Positions 1 to 13,700 of a stretch of DNA of 64,000 nt are shown in pieces. The position numbers and the translations under genes were made by a program. The notes beneath the pieces were generated by a model. The model was not told where the DNA came from, did not search any database, and saw nothing but the letters and a program-made list of their open reading frames with translations. Origin of the DNA: Prorocentrum cordatum (taxonomy: Eukaryota); assembly GCA_963575745.1 (NCBI GenBank), contig CAUYUJ010000203.1:496001-560000 (forward strand), in the 5' to 3' direction. Positions within the stretch are counted from its first letter, which is position 1; the number at the start of each line of letters is the position of its first letter.

Positions 1-242
1 CAGCAGAAGAGGCAGAAGAGGAGGATGCGGAGAAGGAGGAGGAGGAGGAGGCAAGGAGGAGGAGGAGGAGGCGAGGAGGAGGAAAAGCAGGAGGCAGAGG
101 AGGCAGAGGCGGCAGAGGAGGAAGAGGAGGAGAAGCCTCGGGAGGAAGAGCGGCGCAGGAGGAGCTGCAGGAGGTGGAGCAGGCGCGCGGCGCGCGGGCG
201 TGCGAGGTGGGCGTGCCGAGCACATTCGCAGCCCCCACCCGC

Positions 243-310
243 CTCTGCTGGAGCGACGAGACGGAGGCCTCCTTCTGGACAGCGCACACCGCGTCGTCCA
301 GCGCCCCCGG
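243..310 (-). CDS. possible small exon of an unidentified split gene
   Basis: Non-repetitive island reading LDDAVCAVQKEASVSSLQQ and ending CAG AG|gc (GC donor, the same style as the validated exons). No partner exons or homology established. Confidence 0.2.
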
Positions 311-1123
311 CCCAACTCTGGGGCGTGACTCCACGGGGCTCACTGCGGCGGTCACTCCTGGAGGCGGCTCGAGAGTGGACCGGCCTCGATGGAGAGATGG
401 CAATGCGAGCGTGCGTGAGGAAACACATGTCAATACCACCCCCCCTCCTCAATTCATCTCTGCTTCTCCACCGCCCGCTCCCCACCTTCTACCTCCATTC
501 CCCGTCCTCTCCCTCACCCTTTATTCTCCCACTCCTGCTCTTCCTCCTTCTGCTTCCTTACCCCTCTTCCCTCCTGGATACGCCCTCGTTGTCCCTCATC
601 CTCCTGCTTCCCCTCCTCCACCATCTTTTCCTAATCTCCTGATCCCCTGCTCTCCTGATGCTCCGACTCTTCCTCCGATCCTCCTCTGGTCCTCCTGCAC
701 CTCCTCCTCCGACTCCTCCAACTCCTCCAACTCCTCCATCTCGCCCTCGTCACCGTCCTCATGCTGCTTCTGATTCTGCTACAAGCTGTTCCTCTGGCAC
801 CTGCTCCTGCGCCTGGAGATGCTGCAGCTGCTGCAGCTCTACTCATCGTCATCATTCTGACCGATTCCCTAGGAGACGCCTTCAAGCTCGTCCTGCCCAT
901 CTGCTTCTCGTACTGCAGCTGTTGTTGCTGCGACTACTCTTCTGCCTCGTCCGCCTTCCCGATTGCTCCTCTTTCGCGTCGTCCTCCGATTCTCCCCCTG
1001 TCCCTCCTCCTCAAAACCTTCACCGTCACTCGCCCGTTCTCACCCTGCTTATGCTGTCCCTTCTTCACCGCATGGTCCTCTTCATAATTATCCTCCCATA
1101 TTGTCCCGCCATCTCGGCCACCT

Positions 1124-1165
<42 letters not shown>

Positions 1166-2304
1166 CCTCCTCCTCCTCCTCCTCCTCCTCCTCCTCCTCC
1201 TCCTCCTCCTACATGCCGTACTCGTCGTAACCAACCTCTCTTCGCTCATATCTGAGATGCCACATATACTGCATACTGCTGCACATCCTCCTTTTCCTGA
1301 CATCCTCCTCCTCCTTCTCCTCCTTCTCTTCTCATCCTCCATCTTCGCCTACCCTCACAAGTCCCTCCCCTTCCATCTTCATCCGACTCCTCATCCGATC
1401 CTTGTCCCTTCCCCCTGTCATCTCTCATTTTCCCCGTTCCCTCCTGCTCCTCATCCCCCTTCAACTCTGGAGCCACTTTCCACAACAACCCTTCATCCTC
1501 AGCTCCCCACTCCTCATGCTGAGGGGATACAAAGCTGGGGGGGCTTCCAGCGCAAGCTTGTGTCCCTCCTGCCCCGCTCTGAGCCTCCCCACCTTCCATC
1601 CTAGCTCCCACCCCCCATCCTCCCTCCCTCTCCGCACCTTGCTCTCCTCCGTTTTCCCTATATCCTCCCCCCCTGTCATCACCTCATGCTGCGTCTGTTT
1701 CTAATTGATGTCCTCCTCCTCCTCCTCCTCCTCCTCCTCCTCCTCTTCAAAATCTCTTCTCCCTTCCCCTCCCAACCCCTGCGTGCCTCCCCCTCATCTC
1801 AAATCCGTTCTGCCTGATCCCTCATCCTTCTTCCCCAAATTTGCTCTTCTCCACCCCAGTCATGCCTGCCCCATCCCTCCTTCCAGCTCCCTCCTCCCAA
1901 CTCCCCACTCCCTGATCTCGCATCCCTTCTCCCAAAACCCTCCTCACAATGACCTGATCTACAGCCTTCCCGCCCTCCTCCGTCCGAGCTCCTGAGACTC
2001 CTCGAACTCCCAAGCCTCCTTCTCCTCCTCCAACTCTTTCCGCTCCTCCCCATTCTGCATCTTCTGGGCACCGATGCCGCTCCTGCTACGGCAAACGAAG
2101 CCCGCAGAAACAAAGCAAAGCCCGGCGCTACCGCCGGGCCATGGGCCCGGGCCATCTGCTCGCGCGTTCACGCTCGGGTGGGGGGGTGCCGAAAGGGGAA
2201 CTGGCACAGAAGGGGGTTATGAAGGGGCAGACGAGGAGGACGAGGAGGACGAGGACTGAAAGCGAGGGGGGGGGCGGACGAGCAGGACGAGGAGGAATTG
2301 GACT

Positions 2305-2876
2305 TACGTAGCACCCCGCAGATGCGGATGAGAGTGAGGGGGCGGTGGGGACGTCGGCAGATTGCGAGACTCTGGAGAAGCCCGCCGCAGGCGCCAAAGT
2401 TTCACAAATTATACAACGAGCCCGCCGCAGGCGCCGATTTTTTCGTTAAACCAATGTGAGTAAGTCGCGGGTGGGTCGCGGGTGGGTCGCAAATGGGTCG
2501 CGGGTGGGTCGCTGTTGGGTCGCGGGTGTAGAGGGCAGAACATCCACACCATAATAATCACCCCGACAAGCGAAGCCGCTTAGTAAGCGCACACACAAGG
2601 AATGAATCGAACAGGGCAGGGCTGCTTAGTAAACGCCCTAAGCCGTTTGGTAAACGTCAATTGTCGGGTCCGGGTGGTTTCTCCTCCCTTGAGGGTGGGT
2701 CGCGGGGTGGGTCGCGGGTGGGTCGAGGATGGGTCGAAGGTTGGGTCGCGGGTTGGTCGCGGGTGGGTCGCGGGATGGGTCGCGGGGTGGGTCGCGGGTG
2801 GGTCGCGGGGTGGGTCGCGGGTGGATCGCGGGTTGGGTCGCGGGTGGGTCGCGGGCTGGGTCGCGGGGTGGTGGAT
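2305..2876. repeat. dispersed ~580-bp repeat ending in (GGGTCGCGG[G]T)n minisatellite, copy 1
   Basis: Colinear with 14378-14964, e.g. tacgtagcacc...tttcacaaattatacaa...aatcaccccgacaagcgaagccg...taaacgtcaattgtcgggtccgg...cctcccttgagggtgggtcgcgg, followed by an 11-12-nt satellite. Confidence 0.9.
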
Positions 2877-4919
2877 GGAGGAGGAGGAGGAGGAGGAGGA
2901 GGAGGAGGAGGAGGAGGATGAGGAGGATGAGGAGGAGGAGGAGGAGGAGGAGGAATGGGAGGAATGGGGGGGACGAGAGAAAGAAAAAGGGGGCGAGGCA
3001 GATCCTCACACCCCCGTCCAAGCCAGTCCGGCCGCCAGATCGCTGTCTGCTCAGCTCGCAGCCCAGGGGAGGGCCAGGGGCGGCAGCGATGGGGGGGAGC
3101 CGGGCTAAGGAGGGGAGACGCCGAGCGGGAATCGGCGGCACATCGCCGACAGATCGGCGATGTGGGCCCCCGATGGCGAATCCGCACGCTCCTGGGCGGG
3201 GCGAGCCATCGGGCACCCGTCCGCGATCCAGGGGCGATTGGGGGGCGATGCAGCCCCCCCCTGAGCCCATCCCCCCCCCCCGACGTTGCCCCGGAGGTCT
3301 GCTCCGCGAACGGCGGGGGGTGGGGGCGATGCCAGGCCTCCCCTTCCGGGCCCCCCCGAGAAGTGCGCACGCCCGAATAAGGTACACGGATGGACTGGTA
3401 AGGGGCCGAGGCCAGAGCCGGCGGGCCAACGGGCGCGGACCCCCAGAGAGGCCGGCGGGCGAGACCCAGAGGCAGGGCGAGGCCCCGATGGGAGCGGCGG
3501 GTGATTACGAGGAGGTGAGCGTGGGGAGCGGGGGAAGGGAGGAAGGGGAGGGGAGGGAGGAGGGGGAGGGGATGGGATGGCGGAGAGAGGGCAGGAGGGG
3601 AGGGGCGGGGAGGTGAGGGGGTGGGGGATGGCAGGGTACGTGGAGGCACGGGGAGATCAGGGGAGGGAGAGGGAGAGAGCGAGGCGGAGAGAGGCAGCGG
3701 AGAGGAAGGGGACAATACGGGCGATCGAGCGGAGGTGAGGGGGCACGGGAGGATGGGTGGGGCGGGAGAGAAGCAAAGAAACCCTGGGCCTCAGGTCTCG
3801 CCCGCCCGGCCTCCACGAGACGCTCCCTTTGGAGCCCCCCGACTGGTGCGAATATGGAGCCTCGGAGCCGAAACGGCTGTTCGGTGGCGTGCCCGCGCGG
3901 CGAGGGGGATGCGGAGGATGCCGAGGAAGCTGAGGGACAACAAGGGGGGAGGAGTAAGACGAGGGGGAGGGAGGATGAGGAGGCGGAGGGAGCACGAGGC
4001 AGAGGGGAGAGAGAGGAGAGGAGAGAGGAGAGATGGAGGAGAGGAGGGGGAGGAGCAGGGGGAGAAGCATGGAGGCTACAGAGCTGTACGTCTTACTCTG
4101 TTCTTTCCTGCGCGCCCCGGCCATGGCGAGCCACGGGAGTGACCGCGCACCAGCGTTCGTGGTACCAACGCCTTCCCTGTGGGCTCCCAAGCGCAGACAG
4201 ACGAACACTACGGCAGGGTCGTGTCGCGGAAATCCAGGCGTTGGTTTCTGGCACCACGTGGGCCGTTCACCTTGGACGGTCGGCGGCGCATCGATCGCCA
4301 GATCGTCCCATGTTGGCAGCTTCTGGGCCACTGGCGGCGTTGAACCTGGAAAGCCGGCGGCGGAAACGCCGCCGCGTCGACACGACGCGAACCCGCCGCA
4401 ACCAGAAAGAAAAACCCAACGCGGGGAAATGCACGCGGCGACAGGCGGGAGGTCGAAACCACCAGCCACAATGCCCATACGCCTGTCCAGCGACGCGACC
4501 TGCAAACGGGGCGGCGTCCGGACTGTGGGCGTGCGTCGAGTGGCCGAGTGGCAATGCGCATTTGGAGTGGTACTTGTCTCACCAGTGCGGCCGCTGCTGC
4601 AAAACGCGCGCAAACCAAGCAGCACACAAATATGGGTATAGACTGGCAGGTCGGCGAAATGGCCCACATGGGCACCAACAGTGAATGGGTTTTTTTACGA
4701 GGAGGACATCGGCGTCGGGTGTCTGGCATCGGCCTTCGCCAGCGTGCGGCGGTGCCTGCCGCCGCGACCTGGCGGAGCTCCTGCCTGCCCGCGCCGCCGC
4801 GCCGACGCCGATCGACGATAGAAGATCGAGTGCCCAATGGGGACCCGGGAATGATCCTACGCGGGCGCACCGAGGGACGCAAGAGGGAGCTGTGTTGGGG
4901 CTGCCGTCGGGCCTTTGGT

Positions 4920-5290
4920 GCCCTCCTGCGGGTCTCCTGGGGCTCTCTCTTGGGCCACCGACAGCGACAACAACGACAACGATCAACGATCAACGATCAA
5001 CGACAACGATCAAGGGCCTCTTGGGGCCCTTGAAATGCCACCTTGGGGCTCTCTTGGGCTATCTTGGGGTCCTCTTGGGCCGTCCTGGGACTGTCTTGGG
5101 GCCTTTGAGGCCTCTTGAGCCGTCTTGGACTGTCGGAAGCCCGGGAAGGCGAGAAGGGCAAGAACGTGACAATCAATGAACAACCCTGGCAATTTGTGTT
5201 CCGCGGCGTCCTCTTAGGGTCCTTTTGAAGCCTGCTTGGGCCATCTTGGAGGTCTGGCCGTCTTGGTAACCATGGCGCCCTGTTGGGGCG
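4920..5290. repeat. degenerate CTTGGG/CCAAG short-unit repeat family (also 9900-10400, 34780-35130, 35750-36130, 36770-37050)
   Basis: Recurrent ggccccaagacggcc / ttggggccgtcttgg motifs in both orientations. Confidence 0.75.
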
Positions 5291-6004
5291 TATCGTGGGC
5301 TTCTGGAGCCAACTGGGTATATTTGCAGACCACCTTGGAGTGCATGTTCAGGGCCGAGGCCCGGAGGGATTCCTAGAGGAGTGTGGCAAGCTTTCTGTGC
5401 AGGGGGTGCGGTCGGGTGGTCGGTCGGAAAACACCTTGGGTGATCACAACAGAAAGCAGGATGGTTAAGAGTGAGTTCACGCGTAGCAGGCACCTGCCGT
5501 TTCGGGAACGAGGCATCACTGACGCAGGCCCACGGGTGCTAATACCCCAACAGCACTCGGGCAGGCATCAGGCGAGGGTGCCTGCTGCACTCACCCACAG
5601 CCGGCGCTGCGAAGCCGTCCACTAGACGCATGGCATGAGCGAGGAGCGGAAATTACTTCAGAAAGAAACTACCTCCAGACTTATGATCTTATGATGTTCC
5701 GACCTACTTTAGCCTTAACCTCCAGAAAGAATTTCGAGCACCAAGAAAGGACTGCAACCTGAGGATTTTCACGTGCCGGGCCTTGGGTGGCGATTGTCGA
5801 TCGACACTTCGCCAGCGGGTCGGGCAAACACAGTTTCGATACATGTGCGGGTGCTCCAAATTGACTCTCAGATGTGGTCCTCAAGTGCAATGGGAACCAA
5901 ACAACTCCAGACGCCTGCTGGTTTTCCAGCGCCGCTGTGTCTCGAATTCATGTGCACTTTTGCACTGAACAAGGCAGCACAACAATGCACACAAGCATTG
6001 ACCG

Positions 6005-6115
6005 TCGGAGGTTCGCTCGGACGTCTTGGGTCGGTGCTGGGCCCCAGCTCCGCCGACGCGCGAGGCGCGCCAGGGGTCCAAGGGTCACCTCAAGAGATCC
6101 GCACGGACCTCCAAG
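6005..6115. repeat. degenerate T-shaped palindromic element
   Basis: Arms tcggaggttcgctcggacgtcttgg and caagagatccgcacggacctccaa are inverted. Inner hairpin cgcgc-gag-gcgcg. Same family as 19091-19226. Confidence 0.6.
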
Positions 6116-9100
6116 AGTCGACACGTTTCTGCAGTCCCTGTTGTTCTGCGGCAACTCGTGGGAGCCTCCCATACAATCTTGTCGGCTCGTGCGAATCGAC
6201 GAACGTCGACGCTACATCGGCGCTGATCGATGCTAAATCGAAGCTGGCCGACGACACATCGACGGTAAATCGACGCTAGCCGACGCTGACCGGCGCCAGA
6301 TCGGCGCCACTTCATCGACTCCCAAACGTCAATTGACGCTCATCGACGCTAAAGACGGAATTAAAAGGGTATACCCGGCTCCAATGATTTGCCACCGAAT
6401 CCAAGAGTTGACACGTTTCTGTATTCCCTCTTGCCTTCGACCAACAAGATCAGTGAGCAAAGACACCTCCACATTCACACCCTTCGCGGTCCCGCGCACA
6501 CGAATGTCCGCGCTCGAACGCAGGTCAGCGGCTAGCGGAAACTTCCCGTGTCCGTATGCAGATCTAGGGCTGACCCGAACATCATGTGCGAACATTTGTG
6601 CTCGAACCGTTTGCGAACCGTTCGTTTTGAACATCTCTGCTCCACCTCAACCGAAGAGCCGTGGACGAGGCTCTTGGTGGCCGTGAAGTTCGCGAACAGA
6701 TGCTTCCGCACCGTGGATTCACTGTTGGCAAACATCCGAGTGCGAACATGATTGTCCACCCTTCCTGACACATGATAGGGAACGCCCTGGTACAGATGCT
6801 GCTGGCCCCTGACAACAGGTTGAACATGGACCGTCCGTCCGGGCATTCCTGTAGTCCTACCACGAAGTGTTCTTAGAACCCAAAAATGTTCAAATAACAG
6901 AACACGGTTCTTAGAGCACACACCCGATGCGATAGAACAAGACAGACTCCGCGAGAAATGTTCTAAGGACATTGCGTGGAAACCACAAAAAGGTTCTTAG
7001 AACATTGCTTGGTTGGGCTATATGCGAGCCAGGGCGCTTCGCCACTGCTTGAACAGGAGCACCAGCCGCAGCAGCGGCAGCACCAGCGGACGCGCGCGCG
7101 GGACGGGGAGGCCTTCCCAGGCCGCGGTGCGGCCCGGCGCCGGTCGCGGCCGCACGCGGCTGCGCACAGGAGACGGAGCCGGAGCGGCGGGCGCGTGTCG
7201 CAGCGAAAGAGAGAGAGAGAGAGAGGGAACAAGGCTGGGGCCTCAATCTCCTCCTCCTCCTCCTCCTCCTCCTTCCTGCCTCCTCCTCCTCCTTCCTCCT
7301 TCCACCCTCCTATTCATCCTCCGTCTACCCCCACTCGCTGACCACAGCAACTGGGGTGTGACGGGGCTCCCCTGGTGCCCGAATAGTCAAACCGCGACAA
7401 TCCTCCTCCTAATCCTCTTTGAAGTTAATGACGGGCCCCCTCCAAACCCTGCTCCTCACGTCCATCATGGGGCCCTGCCCTTCCCACTCCCAACTCCCGT
7501 CCTTCCCTCGACCCACAGTTCATTCTCCCCCCTCCCTCGCCCCCCCTGCTCATCCTCCCCTCCGCTCCAGCGCTCACCGTGGATCGGGTTCCACCCATCC
7601 TCAGCTTTAATGGCAGAGACGGGAGCCTTGGCACCGCGCTTCGCCAGGCGGCTCGAGCTCCATGCTGCTGGGCTGTCCCACGGGGCCCATCGTCTAGCCC
7701 TTCTTCTCCTCCTCATCCCCCCCTCCCCCATCCCCCTCCATGCGGGAGCCCGTCCTTGCCATTGTTCTTGCATTTGCCTTGGGCACGGAATACAGATGAA
7801 GCCGTCGCTGGAGCCGCGTGGAGCATAGGTTCCATCATCGCCCCCGCGCTCGTTGGCCGCACAATCGACGAGGACACGAGTGAGGAGAGTAGCGCCGTCC
7901 TCCTGGGCAGCAGATGCGTGAGGAGCGTGACATCGAGTGCAGCGGCGGCAGCGGCCGCAGCTCGCGCCAGCGCTGCGAGTGAGGAGACGTGAGGGAGTGA
8001 GAGGGGTGAGAGGAGTGAGAGGAGGAGTAGGAGGAGGAGGATGAGGAGGAGGAGGAGGAGAAGGAGGAGAGGAGGAGGCGCAGGATGAAAAGGAGGAACA
8101 CGAGGATCAGGATCAGCAGGAGTAAGGAGCAGAAGGAGGAGAGGCAGGATATACAGGCGGAAGAGGCTCACAAAGGGGGAGTCGGATGACAAAGATGAGA
8201 GGAGCACAAGGAAGGGAGGAAGAAGGGAGGGCGAAGAGGGGGAAAGAGAGGGATAAGAAGAGAAGGCAAGCCGAAGAAGAGAAAAGGACGAACAAACAAC
8301 GAGATATGTCGATCCGCGCTCCGGACTCCCGCCTAAGCACCGGCCGTCAAGGCTGCCCTGGTGGGCGCCCGGGGAAGCGCACCGCGCTAGGAGGCCGCGA
8401 CAGAGGGGGGATGCGGGCAGGGGCGAGCGCTGAGAAAACGGCCTGGCAGGCATAGAAGAACAGAGAACAACATACACATAACTTCTCGGAGGTCCCCGCC
8501 GATCCCGGAAATCCGCGCCGAATCCAGAGACGACTCTGCTTATGATGTTTCTTGCTCCTCGAAGACAGTGGCGCGTGAATCCCACCCCTGCCGGCCCAAA
8601 TCCCGCAGGGGGGGCCTGGAGCCCGGTAGCTCGGAGATCGCGAGCGCGGTGCAGGCGAAGTGAGCCCCCACCCTCGACCCCCTTCGATCCAGCCCGTAAG
8701 CACGTGCGCCAACATGGAATGCGACAACGGCGCTCATGCACCGTACAGTCGGGCCCAAGTCAGAAGAACACCCTCAAGAACGGTAGACCCACCGTCTGCC
8801 AAGACACACAGAACGTCCAAGGGTTCCCTCCCCAGGCATCCGACGAGCACGAAGAACACTAGGGTACCCTCCACGAGCCGACCTCGATGTGATACCTCGG
8901 TCCGACTGTAACGTTTTTGGGGGACCTTTTCAGGAATCGCTCCAGAGCGGTACGATGCATACTTGCTCGGCTCTGCGGGCCGAGAAACTATGCACCGTAC
9001 CTTTCTTGGGTCGGAGATCGACGACGCCTCGGGAGACGCCAACGCGGTACGGTGCATACGGGTCGTCTGCGGACGCAGCTCATCGCCCGAGCGGGAGCTC

Positions 9101-9320
9101 GGAGGCAGCGATCCGAACACCGATGGGCGGTGGAGTAATCAAAAGTGATAAAAGGACACCCTCCCTTGCAGCAAAAAATACGAAACAGCATTACACCGCG
9201 CACGATGCGTCGGCCACTGGGGGGGGGGCATGCAGCTGAGTACGAGCAGCGGGTCACTAACGCGAGGTGGAAGCCCTTGTGCAAAGCGATGAACAAGGAA
9301 AGGCTACTTACACGTGAACG

Positions 9321-9456
9321 TTCGGAGGTCCGCGCGGATTTCTTGGATCGGCCCTGGACTCTCCTCACTGACGCAAAGTGGGGGCACCAGGAGCGGCGCG
9401 GGAAACACCGTCAGAGGTGGTCCAGCGCGGACCCGAGAAGTCCGCGCGGAACTTCG
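9321..9456. repeat. palindromic element of the T-shaped family (inner part decayed, opposite orientation to the 19091 copy)
   Basis: Left arm ttcggaggtccgcgcggatttcttgga; right arm cccgagaagtccgcgcggaacttcgaa. Confidence 0.7.
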
Positions 9457-10439
9457 AAAAATTCTGCCTGTGTGTGCGAAAGTAGGCGGCGAGCGAGAGG
9501 GGGAAGTGCGAAAGAGAAGACATTCTCAGAAGGCAGCGGGGCGTCTCAGAAGCCCTCGCGCCTTCTGAACAGTGTTCGGTGTCTCCGGGGAAGGCATAGT
9601 AAACTTCTCAGAAGGCCAGAGGGCTTCCGAACCTTCTGAAAAGGCCTTCTCCTTCTAACTTCCCCACCTCGCTCGCCGCCGATCATTGGGGCCCAGGGAG
9701 ACACGCATCCGCCACCGTGCACCCTGGCACGTTGAGGCGTGGTAGAATGCGAAGTGTTATCTCGCAGGGTTCCTGCAATGTTTCTAGGGACCCCCCTCTC
9801 GAAGTGCCCACCTGCGAGCATCGCCCTCTCTTCCCAAGGCTTCCTAGTATGCCTCACACCGCCTTCGCGTTTTCCCACACTTCTACGTTCAAAACAAATC
9901 CAAGACGGTCGAACATTGCCCCAAGATGGCCCAAGATAGCCCCAGGGCGAACATTATATATGTGTCGTAGGTTTGTGACAGATGTGCGCATTCTCACCTT
10001 CTCGAGCTTCCGTCGGCTCAAGACGGCCCAAGAGGCCTCTGAGATGGCCCTACGACGGCCCAAGAGGGCCTCCAGATAGCTCAAGAGACCTCCGAGATGG
10101 CCTCAAGGCAATCCAAGAGGGCCCCTGGAGAGCCCAGGACGGCCCCAAGAAGACCCCACGCTGGTCCTGAATGCCCGCCCGAGGGACCAAGACGGCCTAA
10201 GAGGACCCTTTGGACGGCCTCAGACGGCCCCACGACGGCCCCAAAGAGACACCCTAGACGGTCGCGAAGGCCCCACGAAAGCCCCAAGACGGCCCACGAG
10301 GGCTCCAAGACGGTCCAAGGGGACCCCCAAGACTGCCCTTAAGGAGCCCAGGGCAGCCCCAAGACGGCCCAAACAAGGTCCCTGTGGCCCATGGAGAAGT
10401 GCAGATGAAATGTGACACATGTGACAAGTAATATGTTCT

Positions 10440-10978
10440 TCGTCGTGGTGGTCCTCCTCCTCCATGTCCTCCTCCTCCTCCTCTTCCTCCTTCTCCTCCT
10501 CCTCCTCATCATCGTCATCATTATCATCATCAGCATCACCCTCCTCATCATCCTCATTACCAACGTTACTATCGTAATCATAATCATCACCATCATGAAC
10601 ATCATCATGTTCATCTTCATCAGTATCGGCATCCAGGCCATCCGCATCACCAGCACTATAACCCATCACCATCACCATCAGTAGCAGCGTCGCAATCATC
10701 ACACACACACACACACGCAGCCCAAATGAGGGGCATGAACGCTCTTGAAGAAGCGAAGACACAAGGTGTCAGATGTCACGGCGGTCCTCCTCCCCATCAG
10801 TATGCTCCCCATGCTCTTCAAATTCCTCCGACTCCTCTTCCTCATTAGCAGGGTACTCGTTATTACCACCACTACATCATCGTGATCATCGTCATACCCC
10901 AACATCCCCAGTCGTCACCGTCGTCAACACCATCGTCATCACCATCACCATCACCCTCACCATTACCATCACCATCAC

Positions 10979-11054
<76 letters not shown>

Positions 11055-11150
11055 GTCACCATCATCATCATCATCATTATCATCATCATCACAACCACCA
11101 TCGCCATCACCATCCTCGTCGTCATCATCGTCGTCATCATCGTTGTCACC
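10440..11150. repeat. (CAT)n microsatellite-derived tracts
   Basis: Pure and degenerate CAT/CAC runs. Confidence 0.95.
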
Positions 11151-12139
11151 TGTGCCATGAACCTTGTGATAACCTTGACCAGCATTTTACGGCTGCTACG
11201 GCTATCCAAACACCAAGGACACGAGCCATCGGGGGTTACGGCCTCCGGTTCCTCGTCGAACATTCGCCATCGAGCATGCTGGACTGGCACGGTGCGGGAC
11301 TTGCCGCAGGCAGCTGGACAAATAGATACATGTTCTGGGACTCCATACATGCTTGCATATTTGGGAGATTTCGGTCTTCCCCCCATTTCCCAGGTCTTCA
11401 ATCTGTACTCTGAAATCGCGGTCTGTTGTCTGTGCCGATATTTTGGTTCCCCCTCCAGAGCTTCTCCTTCCTCGACGATCCAGGCTGATGGGCAACCGGG
11501 GTAGGGGTCGGGCATCGCCTCCGACCTGGGCCCCGACAAGCTGAGTCGGGCCTCTGCTGACACGGGGGTCAGTGCGAACCCGGGCCAGCCAGGCTTTGCA
11601 GACTCCCGCGAGATCCTGCGGAATCCTGCAGGATTCTGCTCGCTAGCCCGGGTCAATGCAGCCCTGGCTCTGCAGGACCCCTCAGACGAGGCCAGGACGA
11701 GGGGAAAATCGGGTAAGCATAAATCGAGCATCTCTGAGATCTGGCAACTCTGAAAGATGTCTCGTGCGCCGCGGCCTTTTCAGAGCGTTCCGGAGCGCTC
11801 TGAGAGCGTTCCGGAACGCTCTGGAACGAATTGATCCTCGTCCTAGCCCTGTCCGAAATTCTGCTAGATTCGGCGCTCTGGCTGAGCTCCGTTTGCGTTG
11901 GCCCCGTCTCAAGGCTCCCGACCATGACTGGCCGCGCCAGCGCCGCCAGCAGCTGTACAACCCTGCCGCAGGGCGATGCGCCCCACCTGCTTCCCCCCCT
12001 TCTCCTGCTTCTTCCTCCTCCTCCTGCTCCTCCCCCCCCTCCTTCCTCCTCATCCCACCCCCCTTCTCCCTCCTTCCATCTCTTCCCTCCTTCCGCCTCC
12101 CCCTTCCGCCCGAGTCCATCACTTCACTTGTCATTTCGG

Positions 12140-13700
12140 CGATGAGGCATGGACAGGGTTCAAGGATGTGGATGCGCCCAATGATTTACTGCGGGATCCG
12201 GATCTGAATCGGCTTTGGAGCAACGCTGCTAAGCATTGCTGTGGCGCGGGAATGGAAGACGGAGTTGATATGACCTCCATGCGAGCTCTGTATCATCAAC
12301 TGTTGGGCATGCCGCATGGTCTGCGCTTGTCAGCTGTTAGTGACCATAGCCATGGGAGCGTCCTGGCCCAGGCAGAGAAGGCAGAGTCCTGCAGAGCGCG
12401 AGGTATCATTATTTCTAAGCTGTGTCCCCGTTGCGGGGTAGCGGACGAAGACATGTTTCATCGGGCTTGGGGTTGTGAGAAGAACAGCGGATCTCCAGCT
12501 TACGCCGCTTCGGATATTCTGGCAGCAGAAGCTCACACCCAAGCCCAAGCATGTGAATTGTGCTGGCTGCGAGGCCTGATTCCGAATGCCTGGCTAGCGG
12601 TTTCGCCACCAGTCACCGAGGAAGCATGGACGGCAGTTGGCACGGCAGAGTCATGCATTTCGTCCGATTTGTTCGAATGCGGCAGTCCGAATAACCCAAT
12701 TCACGTTTGTGGCGACGCCAGTGGGGGAGCCGATTCGAGTAGCAATCGATTTCGGAGAATGGGCGTTGCCATCGTCAAGATAGGGAACCTTCAGCCGTTC
12801 TGTATGGGCCCATCCATATCGGGACCATTGTGTGGGCTGCGCCGGACGGTGCCTCGCGGAGAGCTGCGAGCGCTCCTTCTCACGGCGCAGTCCACACAAG
12901 GCAATGTTGTATACGTTGCGGACAACAGTGGAGTTGCTGATGGATGGGCGGGGAGACCTTTCGAATCGCCGTCGGGTCCAGATGCAGATTCATGGTGGCA
13001 GCTGGGAGAAATCCCCCAAAGGCGAAATATTGCGGAGCTGTCAGTTCAATTTATCAACTCGCACCAAGACGAGCAGGAGTTGGCCCGCAGTTCTGCGCCG
13101 CCGTGGATGGCGCAGGGCAACACAGTCGCTGATATCCTATGTCGGGCTGCTGCCGACCGAGTCCGAGGTTCCCGAGGCAGAGAGACACGCATCCAGATGT
13201 GGAACGCAAAGCCTTCTTGTGAGAAAACATCTCCTTCGTGAGACGGTCGACTCGCTGGACTGTGACAAATAACTGGATGGTGGTGCCCCCAGGAAAAATT
13301 CTGAGCGGCCTCAGCCCGCGCGAACTCCCACAATTCTGCGTGTTCTCAGTACTTGTCACGTTTTAGCCGAGTGTAGTCGTAGATGTCTGAAACGTTTCAG
13401 CTCCACTACCATTGCTGCTCGTGCAGTTTGGTCTGATCGTCCGTATTAACCCCACAATGTCGATGGGATCTGTATCGAACTTCCAGAAGGAACACCACTG
13501 CACATTGCGGGAGGGGAGGTGCATGACAGTCATCGGATGCGATTGCGTAAGGGGCTCAACGTGTGGTTTTGTTGTCAGTGTGGAAGCTACGCTAGCCAGT
13601 GCTTGCGAGGCCTCGGGCGCCCATGCCTAGAAGCCGCGAATCCGAATAGAGCTGAATACCTCGCTGATATAGCTGCAGGGCGGTGGCCTAAGGCCCGCAG
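12140..13700 (+). mobile_element. 5'-truncated non-LTR retrotransposon fragment: zf-RVT-like + RNase H + C-terminal Cys/His motif
   Basis: zf-RVT-like LCPRCGVADEDMFHRAWGC. RNase H motifs IHVCGDASGG, TVPRGELRALL, YVADN, FINSHQ and GNTVADILC. Downstream HDSHRM..WFCCQCGSYA..LRGLGRPC..IAAGRWP. Frame is broken by stops. Confidence 0.85.
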
